Assembly (NCBI GenBank): GCA_016906335.1
Contig: JADEYG010000004.1
Span: 310,001 to 374,000, forward strand
From: Novakomyces olei
Taxonomy: Eukaryota
DNA length: 64,000 nucleotides
Direction of reading: 5' to 3'
In this document: positions 23,415 to 34,995 of the stretch, piece after piece
Layout of the letters: the number at the start of each line of letters is the position of its first letter
Numbering within the stretch: the stretch's first letter is position 1
Notes under the pieces: generated by a model
What the model saw: the letters and a program-made list of their open reading frames with translations, nothing else
What the model was told of the DNA's origin: nothing
The model's database searches: none
Translations under genes and position numbers: made by a program

Positions 23415-25842
23415 TCACGAGTGTGTTGGCATTTCTACAGAAGCACGAGCCCCTACAGCATCCGATTGCTTCCATAGCTGTGTAACCGTTTTGAGCTGTG
23501 TGTAAAACTGCAGCCCAGATTTTCCGTAAAAATTGAGGTCGCCGAGAATACTCTTTTTATTGCCAGTAAAAGAAAACATGGGAAGAGGCACAGGGATAGG
23601 GACATTTACGCCCACTTGTCCGGCCTGACTTTTAGTAAAAAAGAAACGTCTAAGTGATTCGTACCTCGATAGATTTGACAAAGCGCCTGGCTGTCGCGCC
23701 AGAATTTGTGAAAATAGACGCTCCATTTCCGTCTATTGTTAAAAAAGGATTCCACAAAAAATAATTCATTAATGAAACAAATAAAGAAATAATTCAAAGC
23801 TTACAAGGGTTTGCATTCACAATATCAATAGCGTCTTCCAATGCTTCTGCCTCGAGACATACGAGGACTGGTCCAAATATTTCCTCTTTGTAGCATTTCA
23901 TGTGCGGCTTAACTCCAGTGATTACCTGAAATTAGTAAATGAGATGAAACAGATAAAAAATTAAATCAAATTTTAAATTAAATTTAAAATCAAATTTATT
24001 GAAATAAAATATAAATTATCCAGATTTTGAATAAAAGGTAACAAAAAATATTTTGCTTACAGTAGGCCCGACCCAATAGCCCTGGGGAAACTTCTCCGGC
24101 TTGTACCCACGGCCATCGAGGGCTAAAGTTGCTCCTTCATCAACGGCACTTTGGATAAGAGCTTCAATACGTGCTTTGGACTGTTTACTGATTACAGGAC
24201 CCAAATCAGCTCCCTTTTCGAATCCTCCAGTGCAATTAAGCTTCTTTGCACACTCAACAACGTCTCCAATCCATTCGCGGGTATTACCTACAGAAACAAC
24301 AGTAGAAAGAGCCATACAACGCTGTCCAGCTGCTCCAAAGGCCGCACCGACAATAGAATTAATAGCATGGTTTTTATTTGCATCAGGGACAACTATGGCG
24401 TGATTCTTTGCACCTAGATTGGCCTGTACTCGTTTCCCGTTGGCAGTGCCCCTACGATAAATGTACTCGCCCGCTTTGTCACTGCCAACAAAGCTAATGG
24501 CTTTAATTGCAGGCTCATCGAGTATGAAATCGACCGTTGCTGCCTGTCCGTGAACGATGTTGAATACACCTGATATTAAGCAAAAGAGGGAGATTTTCAT
24601 GTGAAGAAACTTGGCTCAATATCCTTATTTAATGGCATAGATACGAAATGCCTTAAGAATAGCAAATACTTTTGACAACATGAAACTTGATAAAAATAAA
24701 AGGAGACAAACATACCATCGGGCAATCCGGCTTCCTTGGCAAGCTCGGCGATAATCATGGCCGCACCAGGATCGCGCTCTGAGGGTTTCATAATCATAGT
24801 GTTGCCGGTTATAATTGCCACTGGCAAGCACCAAAGTGGGATCATTGCCGGAACTTTTATTAGTAGGCTTCAGCTTTGCTTGTTTTCTTTGATTCTTACA
24901 ATTAAACGGACAAATTGCCGCTACAACACCGAGCGGTTCGCGTATAGTAAAAGTGTCCATGTCCTGAATTTAGAAAAGACTCTTACAAGACAGGCGCAGC
25001 TAAAGAATAAAACTATCAAAGAGGGTGTATAATAGTGGGATACAAAACAGGAAGCAGGGACAGAAAGCAAAGCTAATAGGCATTGTATTAAACACCGTAA
25101 GCCTATAGTTGTTGAAGACGCTGGACAAATATTGAAAAATGAATACACGAGCTTGAAAAATAAAAATTAAACCAACACGATTAAACCGAAATATCAGCGC
25201 TTGATTGAGCCCACCTTTGAGACTTCCAGCATCTCTCCCATTTGAGTTTGCGAGATTGCACAAGCAGCCTCTGCCACTTGAAGTCCACGCAGCACATCAC
25301 CACGGGCGTCCGCAAAAGTCTTGCCCTGTTCCAATACAATTGATGCGGCTAAACGGTCCCAATGCTCACGAACAAGTGCGACTAAACGGAACATTATCTG
25401 CTGCCGCGCCAGAATTGAAGTATTTCTCCACTCGGAAAATGCCAAAGTAGCCTGTATATCGCGTAAGATCAAGTGCTAGCCAGACAATAATATATCAATA
25501 GTAAAAAATGTTGAATGGCTTTATCATACCCTTTCAGCCGCCTCCTCTAGTTCTTGCCGAGTGCTCTGGGGTACTCTTGCCACGACTTGATCCGTTGCCT
25601 ATCATTAGAATTCGTATGGCCTTTGCCTGACTTACCGGGTCATGCACATCAATCCACTGTGTGCTGCTAGACTGTACAAAAGAACCACCCAGGAAATTGG
25701 GAGTTGGCACGGGCTCTTTTACTCCATAATGGCTCGTAACATGTGGTGGGACCGCGTATCCACGAGCTTGAAACTGCCGGAAAACAGGTATAAATCTGCG
25801 GCGAAAACCCTGTCCCGTAGAGGCCTGCAGTCGCGATAACAT
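23415..25842 (-). CDS. Methylmalonate-semialdehyde dehydrogenase (ALDH6), mitochondrial, multi-exon
   Basis: Arg-rich presequence; [83 protein letters not shown]. Confidence 0.93.
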
Positions 25843-26338
25843 AGCGGCAATAAAAGCCTTTTATTCAATTCCTTTCAAAAACGAATCCTTTCACTAACGC
25901 TCGGCTCTAATTTGCCCAGATTGATCTTATCGAGCGAGGATGCTTACCGTTGCTTATCTGATAGATGGGATGTAACGAGATACAAGCAAGTATCGTATTC
26001 CTTATAAGAAAAGTAAAACCCTATTACCGCCAACTAAACCCTATTTTATAGTCTTTTATATTAGAACCTCCCACCTAAAATTGGCCCCCCAAGTTTACCG
26101 GGATATGGTATTAACATGGAATCAATAGCTTTTAAACAACATGTAGCAAAGAACGTATATAAAGCATGCAAACAATCGTTGATAATTGCTGATAAATAAA
26201 ACGCCTAGTACATTGGACTACAATATATACATACTAAACCTGCGTCATGTATAAAACACCGGCCTGAACCTGTATTTACTGCGAAAAAGCTGAATTTGTT
26301 TTTAAATTACATCTCTGACCAATGCCTCCCTTTTTGAC

Positions 26339-28517
26339 TCAAGCTTTGCTCTTCTTTGCCGGCCGCTCATCCGCCGACTCTTCGTCTTCTTCTCCTGAAT
26401 CGCTTCCTGAAGCATTCTCATCATACTCTTCAGCCACATCTGAATCGCTATCGTCGCCATGGAAATCTTCGTCCGCTAAATGGAGTCAGCAATATGTACA
26501 CAGTGAAAATGTATATGTGTATTATCCCTTTTTCCTTCGCTTCTTTTCAATCTTGGTTTCGTCCGGTTCCCTTCTTTTTCTCTTATTCTAAACTTACGCG
26601 TCTCTGAGTCTTCAGCAGCCGACCCACGGTCCAGATCGACATCTGAATCGTCGCCAGAACTTGCATCATTCAATGCAGCCTGGATCATAGCAGAGCTAGC
26701 ATTTTCATTCGTTTCATCACGAACTTTGATCCCCTTTGATTTAAAAAAGCCTTCAAGCGGTGGTTGTTCTTCCCTGTTAAAATTCGAGAACTGATATTCC
26801 AGGCCGCCTTTAAGCTGAAATAAGATATCAAAAGTACGACTGGCCGTTACACTAGCACCCACACGGCTCAGCGTGACTGACAGTACGTCTGAAAGAGACA
26901 TGAAAATAGGCGGTTTTGGAATAAAGAGTAACCCGCGCTCCAGCACGTACATCTGCCCCTCGTTTGCCTTGTAAGAGCATTTAACACAAGACTGATTTCC
27001 ATGCGAGGCAAATGTGCCTGGAGTCGTGACTTTACATCCAGTGAGGCCTTTAAATACTTGAGATACAACTTTGTATGCTGGAGCATCGTACTCGCGCTCC
27101 AGTTGTTGTGCGTATTTTTCTTTAAATTCTTGCCTATTGTGACTTGTTAGCAATTTCTCAAAAGTATAGAGATTAAACAAAATATAATAAGCAATCAAAT
27201 TGCCGTGAAAACAAGTAAGTAGCACATATATTCAACGCACAAATTGATGAGTTAAAGATGAAGAATGCAATTTCTAGTCTGATAATGCCAACCGTTTAAT
27301 GAAATAAAAAAGAAGATGCAAAAAAGAGATCAAAATGACTTACTCGCTCAAATTCAGTTCAACCTCCATCTCCTCTTCTAGCGGAAATTGGGCTACAAGG
27401 AACGGGTACCGTGTCTGTCCCTGACGCAAAGGCGGGTCTAGTCCTATAACAAAGCTTATGTGCACATCGTCGGGCCGGGGTAGTAAGAAAAGCCTGACTA
27501 TCGACGAATACTGCACCTTGTAATCATATGTTTTCCCGCGTAACCGCATAAAGCTGGAAAACATCTCGATATCGTAGCGACCACGCGGCGTAATGAAAAA
27601 TGTATCGACAAACGCCACAATAGAGTCGCCTGCAACTTCGCCAATGTCCGCTTTTTCCCGGATAGTATCGTATAGTTGCTGAAAGATTAGTTTAAAGTAA
27701 AGTTGAATAAAGAAGGAAAAGAATCAGTCGGTTCATTAAATAAAAATATAAGGGGATAGATCAACTTTTGAAAAGAAAATAATTTCATGTTTCTAAACAA
27801 ATTACGAACGAATCTCATTTATGTCTAAAATATTTGAAAAAAAAATCATCAAAGAAATAGAAAAATAAAGGCAACCCCATTTTTAGTTTCAAAGCATGTT
27901 TGTATTTGCAACATTAGAAACCAGCATACCTGAGCCATAAGAGTCTCGTCATCACCTTCTTCGTCGTCTTCACGTTCTGCTGTTCCGGGAACGTAAACTC
28001 GCATTTCCGATAGCTCATCGACCTGTGCTGTGCTCGGAGTGTCGGCTTTACTGAGCTGAAATTCGAGACTTACTTCGTTTTTTCCAGTTAAATTTGAGTT
28101 GACGATATGTTTGACTGGGATTTCAAAGCTGGGCCGGCCAGCGACATTGAAAACGAAATCATTTCCGTGAAAGGCGGTCTTTCCCCAATTCCAACCGCGT
28201 AAAGAGTGTTCCACATTATCTAGAGAAATATCGAAATTGCGCCTGATTGCCTCTTCAACAGCGCGATGGTCTTCATCCTCAAATCCATCGAAAAACACAG
28301 AGTTACCGTTGCGCAGACCCAAGCGCAGTTCATAGCCCCGACCTGTTCTGGACCAGGAAGCACTACGAACATCACTGCCGGGGAAAGTTACCGGCTGCTC
28401 GTCTTTATCGCCACCACTGCTTTTCCAGCCTAATCCAGAGGCCGCTAGTCGCAAACGGCCTGATGCGGCTGACAGTTCGTGGTAAATATTATCAAACTGG
28501 GTAATGTCTTTAGACAT
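26339..28517 (-). CDS. POB3: FACT complex subunit Pob3/SSRP1 (multi-exon)
   Basis: FDNIY, GLGWK, RGWNWGK, TPRGRYDI, LRGKTYDYK, LDPPLRQGQTRYPFLV, KCSYKANEG; acidic tail ending RPAKKSKA-TGA at 26339. Confidence 0.95.
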
Positions 28518-28691
28518 TACAGCTCAGTTTCTGACTTGACTTTTAGACTTTACTATTTTTGTTTTAATGTTTTTGTGCCCAATTCTTTGACGGCTTTGAG
28601 AGCAGTCTGATCTGTTTTGTTTCGTGCCTTCACGAGCAGAGTCAAAAAGATAAAGCATACTATATTACTTGAGTGCCTTGTAGTTAATACG

Positions 28692-28738
28692 ACGCGTGCG
28701 CCTAATTATAATTCAGTGGTAAAACGCGTTAACCCTAA
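28692..28738. promoter_or_regulatory. Two MCB (ACGCGT) boxes plus adjacent AACCCTAA in the divergent POB3/Slx9 promoter
   Basis: ACGCGT at 28692 and 28724, AACCCTAA at 28731; function inferred from known MBF and Teb1/Tbf1 motifs. Confidence 0.45.
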
Positions 28739-28921
28739 GTTTAATGATGAAAGCGCGTTAACATTGGATAATCAGGTTTATCAACGATTTCAAAGTAACT
28801 TTACGGTAATAGACCGATTTACTATGGGACTGATGATCTATGTCGCAAAGAATAATATTTATTTAATGCAAATTATTGAGTGAGACTCGGAAAGGTCAAC
28901 TATCAATCTTTAAAGCTTTTG

Positions 28922-29655
28922 ATGGCAGCAAAACAAAAGGCCAAAAAACGGCCGGCTCTCGCTCGGCAGGCGCGTGCACGAGCGGCCGCTGCTGCTAGCT
29001 CTACTACAAGCGGCACTGATCAACCTAAACCATCTTTGAAGGATCATAGTGTGTTTGGTATCCGTGGAAGCGGTGGTATCTCTAAACGAGATAAACGCGA
29101 GGCCAAGCGCGATGCTTGGACAGAAAGTACGTGGTTTTAGTAATAAATTTTAATTCATTTCTTCATTTATTATTTTGATCGTTTTAAGACTTTCTTTGGT
29201 CGTTTGCCGAGTCCAACAAAATTGTCAAATTTTATTTGAAATGTTTGATTAGTTATCATTTGATATTGTCCGTGGTGTATGAGGCCTGGCCTTTTGCTAA
29301 TAAAATTTTAAATCATTATGAAATTAGTGCCTTGCAATTCTGACCCTTAGAATGTGCTCCACAGACGCATGCTCTTTCGGCAAGCGCAAGGAAACGGCTC
29401 AAGAAGAAACAGAAGCAATCGTTACAGACAGGCATGCAGGATTTACTGCAGACTTTACCGGATTCTACAACGGAAGAAGTCAACCCGCTGCATCAAAAAG
29501 GTAATAAGCAGCCAGCGACAGCGAAACAGCGGAAGCGCGATATTCAGCATGAGCAACTGCGTTTCCAAGCAGTAATGCATAATCCAGAGTTTCGCGCAAA
29601 CGGTCTGGCAGCCATTCGTGAGCATTTAAAGAACAAATTGGCTTCCACTGCATGA
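28922..29655 (+). CDS. Ribosome biogenesis protein Slx9/FAM207A-like
   Basis: Basic N-terminus, intron ~29127-29350, SASARKRLKKKQK..MQDLLQTLP, C-terminal EQLRFQAVMHNPEFRANGLAAIREHLKN. Confidence 0.72.
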
Positions 29656-30203
29656 GTTCAAAGTCGTTTTGAATAAGGCCCATGTTCATTGTGAAGCACT
29701 CTACTTGTCTCAGCTTATTGCGCCTTATGCTCTGATACCCAAAACTGGTTGATTATATTTTCGTTTTTAATAAATCGATATCGTGCCAAATAAATCCAGC
29801 AATCATATAGAAGCCACCCGGTAAGCTTTACATTTGCAGTAAACTGCTCTATCCAACCATTTTCTGCAGTGACCTTGTCTAGTTTCAAGTGCCAAATTAT
29901 GCCTACTCATTCTCTGATTCGAAAAGTGAATACATTTTTAATTTTTTAATTATTTAGTTAAAAGGCTTTAATCATATAATAAGCTGTCCGAGCAGAATTA
30001 AATTATTCAAGTAATATTACAGTAGTCATATATTGGTAGACTTCAGATTATATAATCAATTCTGCATATAGCCAATCCTCTTGTTTACTATTCTCATTGC
30101 ATTTATACGCTCGCATATATCCAAATTGATTCACACAGTATGCGAGCGCACTTTGCCGGCCGATACTTTTAATCTACATGTGCAGTTAATCAATTCGTGC
30201 TAA

Positions 30204-33200
30204 ATGGCAAAGTACCGTCTACAGGCGTCTTGGCCGGACGGCCGAAGGTTCTTGATCCTAGCAAATCCTGATGAGCCTCTGCGCCACGTGCAGCAGGCGG
30301 TCGCGCTTCAATACTACAAGTTATACGCGGTGCCTCCGTAAGTTTGATCCTTAGCTTTCAGCGCCAAATGCTCTTTTGCTCCACTTGAATATTTTTTTGC
30401 CCTAATGCCCTTTAAATTTGATTCTTTTTAGACACGTTTCGTTAGAATGGCTGTGATATTTTGTAGCCGATCAATCATTTTCTACAAATCTTTCATTGTT
30501 TCCTCATATTTTAATTTCATTATATTTTCACTGAATCTGCTATTCTATTTTTTTCGTCTGACGATTAACATTGCAGACCGGAAATTGTTCGTTTGCGTGA
30601 TTCAAACAACAATGATTTGGACGCGGACTACTTGTGTGGAGATGTATTAGAGCCAAACGATGTTGTTCGCGTGTGCACAGGTATTATTATTGTCAAAAAA
30701 CAAAACTGGCTACCGTTAAACAATAATTAATGGAAAATCTACGCTTGTTGTTATCTGTATCTATATATAAATATACTAATATCTTTCAATGTGTATTTTC
30801 AACTTGTTTTATACGTTTCTGATGTGTACTTGACTTTTCTAACGTTTAGTGTCCGCACCTTCGTATACGGATTCGCCGATCCATCAAACGCAACAGCACC
30901 CTTATTCTTTTCCTGGGCAAACTTTCCCTCAGACGTTTCCTGCACAGCCGCAGCAGGGCCAGCCTCAACAGCATTTATGGGGTTTACAGACTGCGGCGCA
31001 GAGTACTCCAAACCTTAATGGCGAAACGTCAAGTCGTTCGCCATTAAAGCGAACGCTGTCGGAAAGTTCATTGCGTGAAGCTTCTTCAGAGCCTAATGAG
31101 CCCAATTCTCGGCCTGAAAAACCGGTTAAAGCACCGCGCATGAATGGTGCAAGTGCTCCAAAATCTGTTAAAGCTCAGGGCAAAACACCGGCGACGCCAG
31201 ATACACCTTCGAATGCAGGTAAACGTAAACGTGCCAATGCAGGAACCAAGTTGCAGCAGGCAGGCAAACCAGGAAATGAAGGAGATAATAAAGGAGGCAA
31301 AGAAGCAAAGGGAGTAAAACCCAGTAACGATGCTGGTAATACATCTGGTGAAACCGCTATTGCAGAAAGCAAAGCCATTGAGAACAAGCCTGGTGAAGGA
31401 AAAAAGAAGGGACCACAAGAAAAGAAGGCAATGTCGGCTCCGAGGCGGCGCAGTATTAAAGCTGCAGCTCCAGTGCCAGATAAGCCGCCCACTATACGAG
31501 TTTCTTCGCCTCTTGTGTCCTCGGAAACCCAGAAATCGCCTTTACCGAGTTCAGCAACAGCACAGCAGTCTAAGCCATTGGCCAATCCTGTCAGGCAAGA
31601 TAACGCTGTAGATGAAGCAAAAACTACAAATCCTGTTGCGGGTAAAACGGCGACTGCGAAGAACAGTACAAACATTGCCTCACAGTCTGCTAAAAGCGCA
31701 AGCAAACTGACAAGTGGGAAAGCTGCTACTAAATCTTCCACTACTGTCACTGCAAAACCCAGTGAACAGCAGTCTCGGGCCGTACAGCCTTCCCAAGCTC
31801 CTGCAGAATCATCAAGGGAACCGGTCAAGCCAACAACTCAATTCGTTAACTCTCGCTCTGAAAATAATAAACCAGATATTGGCCGTGAAGCTCAGCCAAA
31901 GTCGGCTCGGAACCCCTCACAGGCAACTCGGCCAGGCGGCGCACATAAACTAGCACCTTCTTCACCAGCCAAGCAGACCTCATCTGGCCCCCAAAAAGGG
32001 TCTCCTTCTGGTCCTGAGCGCGTAGTTCCAGGGGAAAAAGGGCTGTCGAGCCCTTCAGATAGTTCTTCGTACGAATCTTCTTTGTCTGATTCATCACTTT
32101 CTGCCTCGGAAGGCAATAGCGATTCAGATTCGGAAGGGAAAAATGTAAAATTTGACGCGAGTGCTGATAAAGCGCAAGGCACGAATACGGCACGTGTCGG
32201 TAAAGAATACCCTGACCACCGGCCTAGCCCTACCAAAAATGTCGACAGCACACATAAAACTTTTGATTTGTCTGTAAATACTACAAATTCAAATTCGTCT
32301 GACCGATCGTCGTCTGACCGATCGTCGTCTGATCATTCGTCGTCTGATCATTCGTCGTCTGATCATTCGTCGTCTGATCATTCGTCGTCTGATCATTCGT
32401 CGTCTAATCATTCCTCTTCTAACGGTCAAGGTCAAGAGCCGTCGGGTTCTGCCACTCAATCACACTCTATTATTAAAGCTCCTTCGCCCTCTTCAAAGCT
32501 CGAGGCGCCTTCTGCTTTCTCCGATAGCGAAGCCCCGAAATCAGAAGCCTCTCAGCACACGGCAGGCCATGGACAGAGCCACAGGCACAATGATATTTCT
32601 ACAAGTGACCTGAGTGGCAGTGACGACAGCAGTGACCAAGACTCGACAGGCAGAGCCAGCGCTGGCAGTGCTGAAAGCACAAGCAGCAGTAATGGAGGCG
32701 ATTATCCAGAGACGGCTGCACTTGTAGCAAGGCAGGCGACTCGCAGAGAAAGGCAGCCTTCAATTGCCTTACAGGCCCAGCGAGATTTAGAGCATGCAAA
32801 GCTGCCTGTAAAAATTGCTGCACCGAGTCCATTGAGCACACAGCCAGAGAATACACTGCCCGGCTCTCCGTCGAGTGCTGCTCTAAGGAGCCGAGTAGGG
32901 TTGAGTCAGATGGCCAAAACGTTTACGCCACGTGTTCATGAGGCTGGAGCTGTTTGGCAGAGTCAATTGCCTCAGTTTGGTCTGTCTAATGGAGTGGAAA
33001 AGGAGGCAGCGAGTAGCGTTGGAGGCGACGATAGCAGTAGCGAGAGTTCTGGAACGGAAGACGATGAAGGCGACACTTCAGACTCGTCTAATGCACCAAT
33101 GAAAAACTCGGCAATTGATCCGTCACTGCTGGCAGAACGCAAGTCCTCACGGAAAAAGAGAGCTAGTATGCGAGGGCTTTTAAAACGGGCCGCCGTTTAG
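30204..33200 (+). CDS. Nucleolar Net1/Tof2/Dnt1-like protein
   Basis: Exons 30204-30337, 30577-30680, 30850-33200 splice in frame; N-terminus YRLQ..RRFL..YYKLY..IVRLRDSNNNDLDADYLCGDVL..VVRV resembles the Net1/Dnt1 N-terminal domain; long S/K/P-rich tail. Confidence 0.72.
32293..32420 (+). repeat. Coding 15-bp repeat (SSSDH/SSSDR), ~8 units
   Basis: TCGTCGTCTGATCAT units in the Dnt1-like ORF. Confidence 0.93.
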
Positions 33201-33584
33201 CTGAATCCCTGAATTTCCGGCTGTTTGTCTACTTTTTTTCGGTGCCTGTTTGTTGTATATGCGTCCGCAGAAGAGCTGAATAGTGACTTGAAGGGGACGC
33301 GTGAGCGTAGCGCTCAATGCGCGCTGTACGCTGTCCCCGACCAGTGTCGTCGCTGTGCCGTGTGCTTGAGCCACTCGTGTAGTTAGGTTTATTACTTGTA
33401 TCAGTACTATAATAAAATATGGATAGGGTTAGTCGGGTCGACTAACAATAAAAGATAGGGTTAGTCTTAAACAGTAATAATATATATGGATCGACTGCCA
33501 ACCATTTATATACGTATGTATATTATAAATCATTTTTGGCAAATATACTACTCTTAATATATGGCGGGCGAGTAATCAAGTCAC

Positions 33585-34995
33585 ATGGAGGAGGTACTGG
33601 CTCTAAGGCCGATAGCCGAGGACGCGTTTGAAAGCGTGCAGCCGCCGTGGCATCCGAAGGGAGCACGAGGAATCTTTGGCGGACATGTAGTCGGGTAAGT
33701 AAGCAACAAAAGACTTTGGCTAATGTACGAGTCAAGCTTTAGCTGCCGCGTACAAAACAGTGGAAGCACAGTTTAGTGTAAACTCGGTAAGGTTTTGTAG
33801 CTTCGAGTCCAATTGATATGGGCAGGTGTTTGGGAAATTAAGAATTTGCGATTTTTTTTTCTTTTTTTTTTTTGACATTGAGCCTTTTTTTTGTTTGATG
33901 GCGTTTGCGGTTTAGTATTCCGTTGGTTTTTCTCATTATTCTTGTCGTTTATTGTTGTTAATTTCTGTTATACCCTCCGCTTCTCTGCCCTTTATACACG
34001 ACTAATGTTTAGCTTCACTGCTCTTTCCTTTTGGCCGGTAGAAGCGATCTGCCTTTGCAGTATCGCGTCAGACGCGTTCGCGACGGAAGAGTAAGCCTCT
34101 TGGCTCTCTAAACTAACAGGCAGTCCACGTGCTTGCGCTATGTGAGAGTTTTGCAGGGTGATAATGTTATTTTTGCAATGCTGGCTTCGTTTGTTATGGA
34201 AAGCGAGTACGGAGCGCAAGTTATGCATACGGCCACAATGCCGGATGTTCCGCCCCCTGAAGATTGTATGGCCGGGATTTATTACATTACACGTTAATTT
34301 ACTCTCAGTTTTGGGATTTGGTTTGGTTTTTTCATTTTCGTTTTTATTTAACTTGATTTAATTTAATTTAATTTAATTTGATTTAATTTGATTTAATTTT
34401 ATTTTATTTTATTTTATTTTATTTTATTTTATTTTATTTTATTTTATTTTATTTTATTTTATTTTATTTTATTTTATTTTATTTTATTTTATTTTATTTT
34501 ATTTTATTTTATTTTATTTTATTTTATTTTATTTTATTTTTAATTGCTCTTTTATTTTAATGTTAATAATTCATAGGCAAAGATCTGGACTCGGCAGACA
34601 CAGCGAGACAGGCTTTACATGAACGAAAGGCAGTTCCAATGAGTGGGAAAGAGCGATGTCTCTGGGTCAAAGCCATTGGCCCTTTATCCGGATCAAGGGC
34701 CCACTGCGAGGCTATTGCCTATATGTCGGACAGTGCTCTTTTATTCACGGTGCCTTTTGCAAGTAAAACACCCTATGAAGAAATTGCCATGGTAGCCTCC
34801 CTCGATCATACTGTACACTTCCATGCTGCAAATGTGCGAGCAGACGAATGGTTTTTGATGCAAACTTGCTCGCCCTGGGCTAATAGAGGCCGAGGTTTGG
34901 TGGACGCAAGGCTTTTCACTAAAGACGGGCGCCTTGTCGCCAGTGTTCGGCAAGAGGGAGTAGTACGACGACGGAAAGATAAGGGGAAATTGTGA
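33585..34995 (+). CDS. TES1: Peroxisomal acyl-CoA thioesterase II (TesB/ACOT8 family)
   Basis: ARGIFGGHVVGQAL, SLHCSFLLAG, RVRDGRS, IAYMSD, ASLDHTVHFH, GRGLV, QEGVVR; C-terminal GKL (PTS1-like); introns include 33695-33731 and 34091-34123. Confidence 0.88.
34356..34541. repeat. Intronic (ATTTA/ATTTG)n to (ATTTT)n pentanucleotide array
   Basis: Read directly; in the last TES1 intron. Confidence 0.97.
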
